From an uncultured Actinomycetes bacterium (GTDB lineage Bacteria > Actinomycetota > UBA4738 > HRBIN12), in assembly GCA_963704725.1 (NCBI GenBank), contig OY969934.1, positions 1,856,001 to 1,920,000 of the forward strand: 64,000 bases of DNA, written 5' to 3'. Below, in pieces: positions 28,835 to 40,058 of the stretch. The notes beneath the pieces are model-generated. The model searched no databases. It was not told the origin of the DNA and was given only the letters and a program-made list of their open reading frames with translations. How positions within the stretch are numbered: position 1 is the stretch's first letter; every line of letters begins with the position of its first letter. Position numbers and translations under genes: made by a program.

Positions 28835-30268
28835 ATGGTCCGGATCGACACGACGACGAGTGAGACGAAGGCCGCGCCCGAGCGCGACCTGACGCCGGAG
28901 GAGCTGCGCGAGGCGATCGAGTCCTCGCTGCGCGACTTCAAGGAAGGGGACATCGTCGAGGGGGAGATCGTGAAGATCGACCGCGACGAGGTCCTGCTGG
29001 ACATCGGCTACAAGTCCGAGGGGGTCATCCCCGCCAAGGAGCTCTCGATCCGCCACGACGTCGACCCCAACGAGGTCGTCAAGGTGGGCGACCACGTCGA
29101 GGCCCTCGTCCTGCAGAAGGAGGACAAGGAGGGCCGGCTGATCCTGTCGAAGAAGCGCGCGCAGTACGAGCGCGCGTGGGGCAGGATCGAGGAGGTCATG
29201 ACCTCGGGCGGGACGATCAAGGGCCCCGTGATCGAGGTCGTCAAGGGCGGGCTGATCCTGGACATCGGCCTGCGGGGGTTCCTCCCCGCCTCGCTCGTGG
29301 ACCTCCGGCGGGTCCGGGACCTCCACCCGTTCGTGGGCACCGAGCTCGAGGCCAAGATCATCGAGCTCGACCGCAACCGCAATAACGTCGTGCTCTCGCG
29401 CCGCGCCTTCCTGGAGGAGTCGCAGAGCGAGGGTCGCAAGAAGTTCCTGGAGTCGCTCCAGAAGGGCGAGCGCCGCAAGGGCTCGGTCTCCTCGATCGTG
29501 AACTTCGGCGCGTTCGTCGACCTCGGCGGCGTCGACGGCCTTGTCCACGTCTCCGAGCTGTCGTGGAAGCACGTCGACCACCCCAGCGAGGTCGTGGCGG
29601 TCGGCCAGGATGTCGAGGTCGAGGTGCTCGACGTCGACCTGGAGCGTGAGCGCGTCTCGCTCAGCCTGAAGGCCACCCAGGAGGACCCCTGGAAGGAGTT
29701 CGAGCGCAAGTACTCGGCCGGCGAGATCATCGACGGCCAGGTCACCAAGCTCGTCCCGTTCGGCGCGTTCGTCCGGGTGGCGCAGGGCATCGAGGGCCTC
29801 GTCCACATCTCAGAGATCAGCGACCAGCACATCGACTCTCCGGAGTCGGTGCTCTCGGTCGGCGACCAGGTGCGGGTGAAGGTGATCGAGGTGGACGTGC
29901 CGCGCCGGCGCATCAGCCTGTCCATGAGGCAGGTGGGCGGGGCGCTTCCCACCCCCAAGGAGACGGAGATCCAGGAGGAGGAGGCTCCCGCCGTGGTGGC
30001 CGAGGCGGCCTCGGTTCCAGCCTCCACAGCGCAGCGGGACCAGGAGCCCGCCGTTGCCGTTCCGGCCGAGGCCGCTACCGCCGGGGGCGCAGAGTCGGCT
30101 TCCGCCGAGGCCGCCCCGGCCGTCGCGACCGAGGCGCCGGTCGAGGCACCGGCCGAGGTGCCCGCTCCGGCCGAGGTGCCCGCTGAACCGGCGGCGGAGG
30201 AGGAAGAGGACATCAGCCTCGAGGCGATCCTGGAGGATCTGAAGCGGCGCGAGGGGCGGTCGGAGTAG
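28835..30268 (+). CDS. rpsA: 30S ribosomal protein S1
   Basis: Four S1 domains (LDIGYKSEGVIP, GLRGFLPASLV, GVDGLVHVSELSW, GIEGLVHISEIS) and an Ala/Glu/Pro-rich tail. Confidence 0.97.
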   Translation: MVRIDTTTSETKAAPERDLTPEELREAIESSLRDFKEGDIVEGEIVKIDRDEVLLDIGYKSEGVIPAKELSIRHDVDPNEVVKVGDHVEALVLQKEDKEGRLILSKKRAQYERAWGRIEEVMTSGGTIKGPVIEVVKGGLILDIGLRGFLPASLVDLRRVRDLHPFVGTELEAKIIELDRNRNNVVLSRRAFLEESQSEGRKKFLESLQKGERRKGSVSSIVNFGAFVDLGGVDGLVHVSELSWKHVDHPSEVVAVGQDVEVEVLDVDLERERVSLSLKATQEDPWKEFERKYSAGEIIDGQVTKLVPFGAFVRVAQGIEGLVHISEISDQHIDSPESVLSVGDQVRVKVIEVDVPRRRISLSMRQVGGALPTPKETEIQEEEAPAVVAEAASVPASTAQRDQEPAVAVPAEAATAGGAESASAEAAPAVATEAPVEAPAEVPAPAEVPAEPAAEEEEDISLEAILEDLKRREGRSE

Positions 30269-30272
30269 GGCG

Positions 30273-30881
30273 GTGCTGCTCGTCGGGCTGACGGGCGGGA
30301 TCGGGTCGGGCAAGTCGACCGTCTCGCGGATGCTGCAGGAGCGCGGGGGCGTGGTGTTCGACGCGGACGTGCTCGCGCGGGAGGCGGTCGAGCCGGGGAC
30401 GCCCGGGCACGACGCGGTCGTCGAGCGGTTCGGGGCGGCCGTGCTCGGGCCCGGGGGGGCGGTGGACCGGGAGGCGCTCGCGAGCATCGTGTTCGCGGAT
30501 CGGGCGGCGCGGCGGGATCTCGAGGCGATCGTGCATCCCGAGGTCCGGCGGCTGTTCGCGCAGGGATGCGAGGTCTACCGCGACACCGACCGGGTGGTCG
30601 TCCTCAGCGCGCCGCTGCTCGTCGAGACGGGCATGCACACCGCGTTCCAGGTCCTCGTGCTCGTCTCGTCGCCGGTGGACACGCAGGTCGAACGCCTGCT
30701 GCGCGATCGCGGGATGTCGGAGCCCGAGGCGCGGGCCCGGATCTCGGCGCAGGCGCCGCTCGAGGACAAGGAGGCCGTCGCGGACGTCATCGTCGACAAC
30801 GACGGCCCGTTGGACGAACTCGAGCGGCAGGTCGACCGGCTCTGGGAAGAGCTTCGGGCCCGGGCCGGATCGCCGGTCTGA
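30273..30881 (+). CDS. coaE: Dephospho-CoA kinase
   Basis: VGLTGGIGSGKST, DREALA, IVHP and RISAQ. Confidence 0.95.
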   Translation: MLLVGLTGGIGSGKSTVSRMLQERGGVVFDADVLAREAVEPGTPGHDAVVERFGAAVLGPGGAVDREALASIVFADRAARRDLEAIVHPEVRRLFAQGCEVYRDTDRVVVLSAPLLVETGMHTAFQVLVLVSSPVDTQVERLLRDRGMSEPEARARISAQAPLEDKEAVADVIVDNDGPLDELERQVDRLWEELRARAGSPV

Positions 30882-30918
30882 CCCGGCTTCCACCTCCGGC
30901 TGGCTATCCTTGCGGCCG

Positions 30919-31626
30919 ATGCCGTACGCCGCGGTGTTCTTCGACGCCGGAGAGACGCTGGTCCATCCCCACCCGACGTTCCCCGACCTGTTCGCCTCGA
31001 TCCTTCGGCGCGAGGGGCACGACGTCGATCCCGAGACGATCCGCGACCGGGTCCACGTGGTCTCGGACCGGTTCAAGGCTGCCGCCGAGACCAACGAGCT
31101 GTGGACGACCTCGCCGGAGAAGTCGAGGCGGTTCTGGCACGACGTCTACGCGATCTTCCTGCGGGACCTGGGGATCGACGGGAACGGGCTCGTCGACACG
31201 GTCTATCGCGAGTTCACCGACATGGCGAACTACGCGCTGTTCGACGACGTGCCCCCGGTGCTCGACCGGCTCCGGGCGGCGGGCATCCGGCTCGGCGTGG
31301 TCTCGAACTTCGAGGAGTGGCTCGAGGGCCTGCTCGAGCACCTCGGCGTGCGCTCGTACTTCGACGTCCGCGTGATCTCCGGCGTCGAGGGCCTGGAGAA
31401 GCCGGACCCCCGGATCTTCGAGCTGGCCATGGAGCGAGCGGGCGTCGAGGCCGTGGCCTCGGTGTACGTCGGCGACAGCCCCGAGTTCGACGTGGAGCCT
31501 GCCCTGGCGCTGGGCATGTTCCCGGTGCTGGTCGATCGCCGCGACCGGTTCCCCGACGCCGTCGTCGCCAGGATCACGTCGATGGCGGACCTGCCGGCCG
31601 TCCTCGGGCTGGACCGCGATGGCTGA
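30919..31626 (+). CDS. HAD-IA family hydrolase
   Basis: FFDAGETL, VVSN, EKPDPRIF and YVGDSPEFD. Confidence 0.9.
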   Translation: MPYAAVFFDAGETLVHPHPTFPDLFASILRREGHDVDPETIRDRVHVVSDRFKAAAETNELWTTSPEKSRRFWHDVYAIFLRDLGIDGNGLVDTVYREFTDMANYALFDDVPPVLDRLRAAGIRLGVVSNFEEWLEGLLEHLGVRSYFDVRVISGVEGLEKPDPRIFELAMERAGVEAVASVYVGDSPEFDVEPALALGMFPVLVDRRDRFPDAVVARITSMADLPAVLGLDRDG

Positions 31627-31990
31627 GGAGCGGATCTACTCGGTCGAGGAGGCCAACGCCATGCTCCCGGACCTCCGCGAGCGGCTGGCGCTGATCCGCG
31701 AGGCGCGCCAGTCGATGCTCCGGGGCGCGGAGCTGGTGAAGGAGCGGATCGCGACCGACGGCGGTGGGACCTCAGGGGGCGAGTACTGGCGGGCGCAGCG
31801 GACGCTCCGGTCCGAGATCGAGCGCCTGGCCGAGGAGAACATCGTGCTCCGCGACCCCGAGACCGGTCTCGTGGACTTCCCGGGCGAGCGCGAGGGCCGT
31901 CGCGTGTGGCTGTGCTGGCGGCTCGGGGAGGACGCCGTGGCCCACTGGCACGACCTCGACGCCGGGGTCATCGGGCGGCAGCCGCTGTGA
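31619..31990 (+). CDS. DUF2203 family protein
   Basis: YSVEEANAMLP, GLVDFP, VWLCWRLGE, HWH and GRQPL. Confidence 0.85.
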   Translation: MAEERIYSVEEANAMLPDLRERLALIREARQSMLRGAELVKERIATDGGGTSGGEYWRAQRTLRSEIERLAEENIVLRDPETGLVDFPGEREGRRVWLCWRLGEDAVAHWHDLDAGVIGRQPL

Positions 31991-32958
31991 GCCGCGTCGT
32001 CGTGATGGGCGCGACGCGCGAGGATCCGCCGCCGGGGATCGCCGTCCTCGAGGGCGCCCTCGAGCTCTCCTTCGCCGACAGCGTGCCCGAGCTCGAGGCG
32101 GTCCTCCCCGGCGCCGACGTGTTGCTGGCCTGGCGTCCGCGCTCGAGGTTGCTCGAGCCGGCGTGGGAGCACGCCGGCGACCTGAAGTGGATCCAGTCCG
32201 GGTCGGCCGGGGTCGAGGATCTGCTGTTCCCCGCCCTCGTGGAGAGCTTCGTCGTCCTCACGAACGCCCGGGGGGTCTTCGACGACGCCATCGCCGAGTA
32301 CGTCCTGGGCCTCCTCCTCCTGTTCGCGAAGGGGCTCCCGGCCACGCTGGAGCGACAGCGGAGCCGGGAGTGGTGGGGCAGGGACACCGAGCGCGTGGCC
32401 GGCAAGCGGATGCTCGTCGTGGGCGTCGGCTCGATCGGCCGCGCCGTCGGGCGCGTGAGCAAGGCTCTGGGGATGACCGTTCGCGGCGTGGGCTCGACGG
32501 CGCGGGGCAGCGACGACGTGTTCGGTCTCGTCTTCGGGCCGGACGAGCTGGCCGACGCCTGCGCCTGGGCCGACGTCGTGGTGGACGCGCTGCCCGCCAC
32601 CCGCGGCACGCGGCACCTGTTCGACGAGGCCGTCTTCGACGCCATGCAGCCCTCGGCTCGTTTCGTCAACGTCGGGCGGGGAACGACGGTCGACGAAGAT
32701 GCGTTGGTCCGCGCGCTCGAGAGCGGCCGGCTCGCGGCGGCGGCGCTCGACGTCTTCGAGGAGGAGCCGTTGCCGGCGGACCACCGCCTGTGGAGCCTGC
32801 CGAACGTGATCGTCTCCCCGCACATGTCGGCCAACTTCGCCGGGTGGCGGGAGGCGGTGGTGGAGGTCTTCCTGGAGAACCTCGATCGGTACCTGACCGG
32901 CCGCTCGCTGAACAACGTGGTCGACAAGGAGCGGGGGTACGTGCCGGGATGGGTGTGA
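31987..32958 (+). CDS. D-2-hydroxyacid dehydrogenase family protein
   Basis: SAGVE, GVGSIG, VNVGRG, LDVFEEEPLP and SPHMS. Confidence 0.9.
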   Translation: MSRVVVMGATREDPPPGIAVLEGALELSFADSVPELEAVLPGADVLLAWRPRSRLLEPAWEHAGDLKWIQSGSAGVEDLLFPALVESFVVLTNARGVFDDAIAEYVLGLLLLFAKGLPATLERQRSREWWGRDTERVAGKRMLVVGVGSIGRAVGRVSKALGMTVRGVGSTARGSDDVFGLVFGPDELADACAWADVVVDALPATRGTRHLFDEAVFDAMQPSARFVNVGRGTTVDEDALVRALESGRLAAAALDVFEEEPLPADHRLWSLPNVIVSPHMSANFAGWREAVVEVFLENLDRYLTGRSLNNVVDKERGYVPGWV

Positions 32959-33848
32959 TCGAGGTCCGGGGGCTCCGCAAGGCGTACGGCGACGTCGAGG
33001 CGGTGCGCGGGATCGACCTCGTCGTCGAGGCCGGCGAGGTCTTCGCCCTCCTCGGCCCGAACGGGGCCGGCAAGACGACCACGGTCGAGATCCTGGAGGG
33101 CTACCGCCGCAGGACCGGGGGCGAGGTGCGCGTGCTCGACCACGACCCGGAGCACCTGGACCGGAAGCTGCGGGAGCGGATCGGCATCGTGCTCCAGTCG
33201 ACCGGCGTCGACCCCTACCTCACGGTGCGCGAGACCGTGGGCCTGTACGCCGGGTACTACCCGCATCCCCGCGACGTCGACGAGGTGATCGAGGTGGTCG
33301 GGCTGACCGAGAAGCGGGACGCGCGGGTGGTGAAGCTCTCGGGCGGCCAGCAGCGGCGCCTCGACGTCGCCGTGGCGCTGGCGGGCGACCCGGAGCTGCT
33401 GTTCCTGGACGAGCCGACGACGGGGTTCGACCCCGGCGCCCGGCGCAACGCATGGGAGATCGTGCGGAACCTGATCGCGCTGGGGAAGACGGTGTTCCTC
33501 ACGACCCACTACATGGACGAGGCGCAGGCGCTCGCCAACCGCGTCGCCGTCATCGCCGCAGGGGAGATCGTCGCCGAGGGGCCGCCCAGCACGCTGGCGG
33601 GCCGCGACATCGCGCGGACCGAGATCCGGTTCCGGGTCGACGACGGTGCCGCCCTTCCGTCCCTGGGTCAGACCCCTGGGGCCGACGGCACGTTCGAGGT
33701 GCTGACGGACGACCCCACCCGGGTCCTGCACGAGCTCACGTCGTGGGCGCTTGGCCGCGGGATCGCGCTCGAGGCGCTCGAGGTGCGGCGCCCGTCGCTC
33801 GAGGACGTCTACCTCGAGCTCACCGGTGAGGCCGAGGCGTCGGCATGA
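32955..33848 (+). CDS. ABC-2/multidrug-type exporter ATPase
   Basis: GPNGAGKTT, LSGGQQRRLDVA, FLDEPTTGFDP and TTHYMDEA. Confidence 0.9.
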   Translation: MIEVRGLRKAYGDVEAVRGIDLVVEAGEVFALLGPNGAGKTTTVEILEGYRRRTGGEVRVLDHDPEHLDRKLRERIGIVLQSTGVDPYLTVRETVGLYAGYYPHPRDVDEVIEVVGLTEKRDARVVKLSGGQQRRLDVAVALAGDPELLFLDEPTTGFDPGARRNAWEIVRNLIALGKTVFLTTHYMDEAQALANRVAVIAAGEIVAEGPPSTLAGRDIARTEIRFRVDDGAALPSLGQTPGADGTFEVLTDDPTRVLHELTSWALGRGIALEALEVRRPSLEDVYLELTGEAEASA

Positions 33849-34630
33849 GCGACCTGGCGCTGACCCTGCGGCAGGTGCGGTTCACGAACAAGGCGTTCTG
33901 GCGGAACCCGGCGTCGGCGTTCTTCACGTTCGCGTTCCCGCTCATGTTCCTGGTGATCTTCACGACGCTGTTCGGGAACAGCGTCATCCGGTTCCATCCG
34001 GGGGCGGGTCAGGTGGTCGAGGTCAAGCAGTCCACGTTCTACGTGGCGGCCATGGCCGCGTTCGGCGTGATCACGGGGTGCTACACGAACATCGCGGTCA
34101 GCGTGACGTTCGCCCGGGACAGCGGGGTCCTCAAGCGGGTCCGGGGCGCGCCCGTCCCGGGATGGGTCTACCTGACGGGGCGCGTGATCCACGCCATGCT
34201 CATCGGCCTGCTCCTCCTGGTCCTGTGCGCGGCGTTCGGGCGCGCGTTCTACGACGCCTCGCTGCCCTCCGGGGTCGACCTCGCCCGGAGCGTCCTCGCG
34301 CTCCTCGTGGGCGGCGCGTCGTTCTGCGCCCTCGGCCTCGCGTGCACGGCGATCATCCCGAACGCCGACGCCTCACCCGCCATCGTCAACGCCACGATCC
34401 TGCCGCTCCTGTTCCTGTCGGACGTGTTCATCCCCGTCGAGGGCGCGCCGGACTGGGTCCAATGGGTGGGCAAGATCTTCCCCGTGAAGCACTTCTCCGA
34501 GGCCCTCCAGTCCGCGTTCATCCCCCAGGCCGTCCCGTGGTCGTGGACGAACATCGTCGTGATCGCCGCCTGGGGGGTGGCAGGGCTCGTCCTGGCGACG
34601 AGGTTCTTCTCCTGGGAGCCCCGCACCTAG
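33845..34630 (+). CDS. ABC-2 type exporter permease
   Basis: FWRNP..FFTFAFP, RDSGVLKR, several hydrophobic segments and RFFSWEP; overlaps the ATPase stop. Confidence 0.88.
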   Translation: MSDLALTLRQVRFTNKAFWRNPASAFFTFAFPLMFLVIFTTLFGNSVIRFHPGAGQVVEVKQSTFYVAAMAAFGVITGCYTNIAVSVTFARDSGVLKRVRGAPVPGWVYLTGRVIHAMLIGLLLLVLCAAFGRAFYDASLPSGVDLARSVLALLVGGASFCALGLACTAIIPNADASPAIVNATILPLLFLSDVFIPVEGAPDWVQWVGKIFPVKHFSEALQSAFIPQAVPWSWTNIVVIAAWGVAGLVLATRFFSWEPRT

Positions 34631-34718
34631 CTCCGGACGCCGAAAGGGCGTGTGCTAGGCTCGCGCACGCGCACGGCCCGAGGCGTTCGCGCGCATTCCG
34701 GATCAGGGGGTTCGTCAG

Positions 34719-35684
34719 ATGCGCAAGCTCTTCGTCATCGTCGCGGCCACCGGGCTCCTGCTCGCGGCCTGTTCCGAGGACAACCCGACGGTGGGGGGCA
34801 CCGGTCCCACGTCGACGGGCACCGGCCCCACCGCGACGGGCGCGACGGCCACGGGCCCGACGGCGGTGGAGACCGCCGCGAGCTGTGCCGAGGCAAACGC
34901 GACGAGCCTCGCGGCGACGGGCACGTTGACGATCGGCACGGACAACCCCGCCTTCCCGCCCTGGTTCTCCGGGGGAGAGACCCCAGACCACGACTGGAAG
35001 TTCAACGACCCGTACACGGGTGAGGGCTACGAGGCCGCGACGGCGTACGCGATCGCGGACACGCTGGGGTTCTCCGCGGATCAGGTGGCGTGGACCGTCG
35101 TGCCGTTCAACCAGACGTACAAGCCCGGGGAGAAGGACTACGACTTCGCGATCGAGCAGATCTCCTACTCCACCAAGCGTGACGAGGCGATCGACTTCAG
35201 CGACAGCTACTACGACGTCCAGCAGGCGCTGGTCGCGGCCGAGGGTACACCGGTCACGCGGGCGACGAGCCTCGGGGATCTCAAGGACTACGCACTCGCC
35301 GCCCCGATCGGAACCACGAGCTATGACTACATCGTCAACACGATCCAGCCGAACACCGAGGCCGGCGCCTACAACTCGCTCGCGGACACCGTGGCCGCTC
35401 TGAACGCCGGCCAAGTGGACGCCATCGTTGTGGACGCCCCGACCGCCTACTACCTGGCCGACCCGTTCGTGCAGGAGGTCAAGCACGGGGTCGTCGTCGG
35501 GCTCTTCCCGAGCGCCGGCGCCCAGGAGTACTTCGGACTCGCGTTCGAGACGGGGAATCCGCTGGTCGAATGTGCCAACCTCGCCATCGCCGAGATCAAG
35601 GCCGCGGGAACCCTCGACGCGATCCACCAGAAGTGGTTGGTCGAGAAGACCAACGTCGGCGAGGTGCCGGAGTTCACGACCTAG
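34719..35684 (+). CDS. Polar amino acid ABC substrate-binding lipoprotein
   Basis: Lipobox LLAAC, Thr/Gly tether, GTDNPAFPPWF and IDFSDSYY. Confidence 0.9.
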   Translation: MRKLFVIVAATGLLLAACSEDNPTVGGTGPTSTGTGPTATGATATGPTAVETAASCAEANATSLAATGTLTIGTDNPAFPPWFSGGETPDHDWKFNDPYTGEGYEAATAYAIADTLGFSADQVAWTVVPFNQTYKPGEKDYDFAIEQISYSTKRDEAIDFSDSYYDVQQALVAAEGTPVTRATSLGDLKDYALAAPIGTTSYDYIVNTIQPNTEAGAYNSLADTVAALNAGQVDAIVVDAPTAYYLADPFVQEVKHGVVVGLFPSAGAQEYFGLAFETGNPLVECANLAIAEIKAAGTLDAIHQKWLVEKTNVGEVPEFTT

Positions 35685-35693
35685 CGGCCGCCG

Positions 35694-36596
35694 ATGGGTG
35701 GCGGTGGCGGGGCGCCTGAGCTCTACCAATACGAACCGAGTGATCCGCGGCTGCCCGAGGGGGGACCCTCCAGCCGGATCCTGACTCCCCTTCGCGCCGA
35801 GGGCGCCAAGGGCGTCGCCGTGGCGGTCGTCAGCACCGCCATCGTCGCCGGATTGATCGTTTGGGCGGTCACCTCCTCGTCGAACTGGCCCGAGGTCAAG
35901 CATGCGTTCTTCGACGGCGAGGAGTTCCGGCGCAGCTTCCCCGACATCGCCCGGACGTTCAGGAGGAACGTCCAGTACTTCCTCATCGCCGAGGTCTTCA
36001 TCCTGGCCTTGGCGATGCTGCTCGCGATCCTTCGGAGCCTCCCCGGGCCGGTCTTCTTCCCCCTCCGGCTTCTGGCGATCGGGTACACGGACCTGTTCCG
36101 CGGCATCCCAACGATCCTGGTGGTGTATCTGCTGGCGTTCGGCGTCCCGAGCCTGGGGCTGCCCGGAGTCCCCTCCGGCGCCGCGTTCTGGGGGGTCGTC
36201 GGGTTGATCCTGTCGTACTCGGCGTACGTCGCCGAGGTCTACCGAGCCGGGATCGAGTCGGTCCACCCCAGCCAGGCGGCGGCCGCTCGGTCGCTCGGGC
36301 TCTCGCGATGGAAGAGCCTTCGGTTCGTGATCGTCCCGCAGGCGGTGCGGCGGGTGATCCCCCCGCTGCTGAACGACTTCATCGGCCTGCAGAAGGACAC
36401 CGCGCTCATCGCGTTCGTCGTCGCGATACCCGAGGCGTTCAAGACGGGACAGATCTATCAGAGCGCGGACTTCAACTTCACGCCGTTGCTCGGCGTCGCG
36501 TTGATGTTCCTGCTCATCACGATCCCGCTCACGCGGTTCACGGACTGGCTGCTGGCTCGCCAGCGGAGGCGCCGGCAGACGGGCGCGGCCCTGTGA
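35694..36596 (+). CDS. Polar amino acid ABC permease
   Basis: FRGIP, AYVAEVYRAGIESVHPSQ, PQAVRR and QKDTAL. Confidence 0.9.
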   Translation: MGGGGGAPELYQYEPSDPRLPEGGPSSRILTPLRAEGAKGVAVAVVSTAIVAGLIVWAVTSSSNWPEVKHAFFDGEEFRRSFPDIARTFRRNVQYFLIAEVFILALAMLLAILRSLPGPVFFPLRLLAIGYTDLFRGIPTILVVYLLAFGVPSLGLPGVPSGAAFWGVVGLILSYSAYVAEVYRAGIESVHPSQAAAARSLGLSRWKSLRFVIVPQAVRRVIPPLLNDFIGLQKDTALIAFVVAIPEAFKTGQIYQSADFNFTPLLGVALMFLLITIPLTRFTDWLLARQRRRRQTGAAL

Positions 36597-37348
36597 CCGC
36601 GACTGGATCGGCGCTGGTCCTCGAGGGCGTCCATAAGTCGTTCGGCAAGCTCGAGGTGCTCAAGGGCATCGATCTCTCCGTCGCCGAGCACGAGGTCGTG
36701 TGCCTGATCGGGACGTCCGGGTCGGGCAAGTCGACCCTGCTTCGCTGCATCGACCTCATCGAGCCGATCGACCGGGGCCGGATCGTCGTGGAGGGGGAGG
36801 AGATCACGGCGCGCGGTGTGGACGTGAACCGGATCCGCCGGCGGATGGGGATCGTCTTCCAGGCCTTCAACCTGTTCCCGCACATGAGCGTGATGCGCAA
36901 CATCACGCTCGGTCCCATGGAGGCGCTCGGGATGTCCAGGAGCGATGCCCAACAGCTCGCCCTCGAGCTGCTCGAGCGGTTCGCGCTCGCCGATAAGCGG
37001 GAGGATTACCCCGACCGGCTCTCGGGCGGCCAGCAGCAGCGCGTCGCCATCGTCCGCGCGCTGGCGATGAAACCGAGCGTGATGCTCCTCGACGAGGTCA
37101 CGAGCGCCCTCGACCCCGAGCTCGTGGCCGAGGTGCTGAACGTGATCCGCGAGCTGGCCGCGGGGGGGATGACGATGGTCATCGCCACGCACGAGATGGG
37201 GTTCGCGCGCGACATCGCCAACCGGGTCTGCTTCCTCGACGAAGGCGTGATCCTCGAACAGGGCCCGCCGGACGAGATCTTCAGCTCACCCACCCAGGAG
37301 CGGACCCAGCGGTTCCTGCAGAGCATCATCGAGGCGGGCAGGATGTGA
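36593..37348 (+). CDS. Polar amino acid ABC ATPase
   Basis: [20 protein letters not shown] and [11 protein letters not shown]. Confidence 0.92.
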   Translation: MTATGSALVLEGVHKSFGKLEVLKGIDLSVAEHEVVCLIGTSGSGKSTLLRCIDLIEPIDRGRIVVEGEEITARGVDVNRIRRRMGIVFQAFNLFPHMSVMRNITLGPMEALGMSRSDAQQLALELLERFALADKREDYPDRLSGGQQQRVAIVRALAMKPSVMLLDEVTSALDPELVAEVLNVIRELAAGGMTMVIATHEMGFARDIANRVCFLDEGVILEQGPPDEIFSSPTQERTQRFLQSIIEAGRM

Positions 37349-37878
37349 CGGCCCCGATCGCGGTCCCGACGCGCGAGGAGGCCGCCGCGGTGCTCGAACT
37401 GGCCCGCGACGAGGTCCTGGCCATGATCGACGCCCTGCCGCGCCGCGCCGTCACGCTCCACGGGCTCGGCGGCGGTGAGTGGTCGCCGAAGGACCTGCTG
37501 GGGCACCTCGCGTCGTGGGAGGAGTACGGCCTCGATGCACTCGCGGCGTGGGAGCGCGGCGAACCGGCGCCGATCGACGCGCTGTGGCGGACCGTGAGCA
37601 CCACCCAGGTCAACCGGCAGAACGTCGAAGCCAAGGCGGCCTGGTCATTCGCCAGGGTCCGCCGCGACGCCGAGCGCTCACATGCCGAGATGCTCGCGGC
37701 GATCCGAGGGATGACCGAGGAGCGGTGGCTCGGCCCGGTGACCTCGCGGGGGCGCAAGCCCCTGGCGACGCGGCTCGGCGGCATCCTCAGCGGAACGGGG
37801 CCCTTCCGCCACGACGACTCCCACCTGCCGAGCCTGCGGGCGTTCGCCGCGGAGCATGCGCCCTCGCGCCCTCGGTAA
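37345..37878 (+). CDS. DinB/ClbS-DfsB-like four-helix bundle protein
   Basis: [16 protein letters not shown] and a C-terminal HDDSH, typical of the His-containing DinB superfamily. Confidence 0.65.
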   Translation: MTAPIAVPTREEAAAVLELARDEVLAMIDALPRRAVTLHGLGGGEWSPKDLLGHLASWEEYGLDALAAWERGEPAPIDALWRTVSTTQVNRQNVEAKAAWSFARVRRDAERSHAEMLAAIRGMTEERWLGPVTSRGRKPLATRLGGILSGTGPFRHDDSHLPSLRAFAAEHAPSRPR

Positions 37879-37942
37879 CCCCGGACGCCGCATGGGGGCT
37901 CACCCTTGGCCCGCGTCCGCCGGCGGCGAGCGGAGATCGGCA

Positions 37943-37964
37943 TGTCGGGGGTCGTCTCTACAAT
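37943..37964 (+). promoter_or_regulatory. PafBC/RecA-NDp promoter TGTCGG-N10-TACAAT (leaderless uvrB)
   Basis: Exact consensus; GTG start follows 6 nt after the -10. Confidence 0.8.
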
Positions 37965-37970
37965 CGGTGG

Positions 37971-39983
37971 GTGCCGCCCTTCGTGATCCGCGCCGACCAC
38001 GTGCCCACCGGCGACCAGCCTCAGGCCATCGACCGCCTGGTCGAGGGTCTCCAGGCGGGCGAGCGCAACCTCACGCTGCTCGGGGCCACCGGGACCGGCA
38101 AGACCTTCACGATCGCCAACGTGGTCGAGCGCGTCCAGCGGCCGACGCTGGTGATGGCGCCCAACAAGTCGCTCGCGGCCCAGCTCGCCAACGAGTTCCG
38201 CGAGGTCTTCCCGGACAACGCCGTCGAGTACTTCGTGAGCTACTACGACTACTACCAGCCCGAGGCCTACGTCCCGCAGACCGACACCTACATCGAGAAG
38301 GACTCGTCGGTGAACGACGAGATCGAGCGGCTCCGGCACTCGGCCACGGCCGCCCTGCTGACGCGGCGCGACGTCTTGATCGTCGCGAGCGTCTCCTGCA
38401 TCTACGGCCTGGGCTCGCCGGAGGAGTACGAGGGGCAGATGCTGCGGGTCCACAAGGGAGTGGCCACCGACCTCGAGTGGGCCAAGCAGCGCCTCGTCGA
38501 CATCCAGTACAAGCGCAACCAGGCGGCCATGGCGCGAGGCCGGTTTCGGGTTCAGGGCGACGTGCTCGAGGTTCACCCCTCGTACGAGGAGACGGCCGTC
38601 CGCATCGAATGGTGGGGCGACGAGATCGAGCGCATCACCCGGTACGACCCGATCACGGGCGAGATCGTCGGCGATCTCAAGGAGATCACGGTGTTCCCCG
38701 CCACCCACTACGTGGCCTCGGACTGGCGGCTGAAGCGGGCCGTCGCGACGATCGAGGAGGAGCTGCAGGAGCGCCTGGCGTTGCTCGAAGGTCAGCAGAA
38801 GCTGCTGGAGGCGGAGAGGCTGCGCATGCGGACGCAGTACGACCTCGAGATGCTCCGCGAGGTGGGGTTCTGCTCGGGGATCGAGAACTACTCCCGCCAC
38901 CTCGACGGCCGGCAGCAGGGCGAGGCCCCGTACACGCTCCTGGACTACTTCCCCGACGACTGGCTCTGCGTGATCGACGAGTCGCACGTCACCGTGCCTC
39001 AGGTCCACGGGATGTACGAGGGGGACAAGACCCGCAAGGAGACGCTCGTCGAGTTCGGGTTCCGGCTGCCGTCGGCGCTCGACAACCGCCCGCTGCGGTT
39101 CGAGGAGTTCGCGAAGAAGGTCGGCCAGGTGGTCTACATGTCGGCCACGCCCGGACCATACGAGCTCCGGGTCTCCCAGAGGATCGCCGAGCAGATCGTG
39201 CGTCCCACCGGTCTCGTCGACCCCGAGGTCCAGGTCCGGCCGACCAAGGGCCAGGTCGACGACCTCATCGAGGAGATCCGCAAGCGCGCCGAGGCGAGCC
39301 AGCGGGTCCTGGTCACGACGTTGACCAAGAAGATGGCCGAGGACCTCACCGACTACCTGCTCGAGATGGGGATCCGGGTCCGCTACCTGCACTCCGAGGT
39401 CGACACGATCCAGCGGATCGAGATCGTCCGCGACCTGCGGCTGGGTGAGTTCGACGTCCTGGTCGGGATCAACCTGCTCCGGGAGGGACTCGACCTGCCC
39501 GAGGTCTCGCTCGTCGCGATCCTGGACGCCGACAAGGAGGGGTTCCTGCGCTCGGACACGTCGCTGATCCAGACGATCGGGCGGGCGGCGCGCAACGTCG
39601 ACGGCACGGTGATCATGTACGCCGACGAGGTGACGGACTCGATGAAGCAAGCGATCTCCGAGACCCAGCGGCGTCGCAAGATCCAGCTCGCGTACAACAA
39701 AGAGCACGGGATCGATCCCCAGACGATCCGCCGCAAGGTCTCGGACATCCTGCTCACGATGGCGGTCGACACGTCGAAGGCGCCCACACCCGACAGACGC
39801 CGCCGCAAGCGCGAACGTCCCGAGATGCCCACCGAGGAGCTCGAGCGCCTCATCCAGCAGCTCGAGGAGGAGATGCACGAGGCCGCCAAGGACCTCCGGT
39901 TCGAGTACGCCGCCCGGATCCGCGACGAGGTCGTCGACCTCCGCAAGGAGCTGAAGGCCCTCCGCGCCGCCGGGGTCGGGTAG
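37971..39983 (+). CDS. uvrB: Excinuclease ABC subunit B
   Basis: [34 protein letters not shown] and [11 protein letters not shown]. Confidence 0.97.
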   Translation: MPPFVIRADHVPTGDQPQAIDRLVEGLQAGERNLTLLGATGTGKTFTIANVVERVQRPTLVMAPNKSLAAQLANEFREVFPDNAVEYFVSYYDYYQPEAYVPQTDTYIEKDSSVNDEIERLRHSATAALLTRRDVLIVASVSCIYGLGSPEEYEGQMLRVHKGVATDLEWAKQRLVDIQYKRNQAAMARGRFRVQGDVLEVHPSYEETAVRIEWWGDEIERITRYDPITGEIVGDLKEITVFPATHYVASDWRLKRAVATIEEELQERLALLEGQQKLLEAERLRMRTQYDLEMLREVGFCSGIENYSRHLDGRQQGEAPYTLLDYFPDDWLCVIDESHVTVPQVHGMYEGDKTRKETLVEFGFRLPSALDNRPLRFEEFAKKVGQVVYMSATPGPYELRVSQRIAEQIVRPTGLVDPEVQVRPTKGQVDDLIEEIRKRAEASQRVLVTTLTKKMAEDLTDYLLEMGIRVRYLHSEVDTIQRIEIVRDLRLGEFDVLVGINLLREGLDLPEVSLVAILDADKEGFLRSDTSLIQTIGRAARNVDGTVIMYADEVTDSMKQAISETQRRRKIQLAYNKEHGIDPQTIRRKVSDILLTMAVDTSKAPTPDRRRRKRERPEMPTEELERLIQQLEEEMHEAAKDLRFEYAARIRDEVVDLRKELKALRAAGVG

Positions 39984-40058
39984 CGCTCCCGGTCAGCAGC
40001 CGGGACCTTGACCGACCCACAGGAGTCCCAGGGGCGAGCCCCGCTAGTGTTCGGCTCG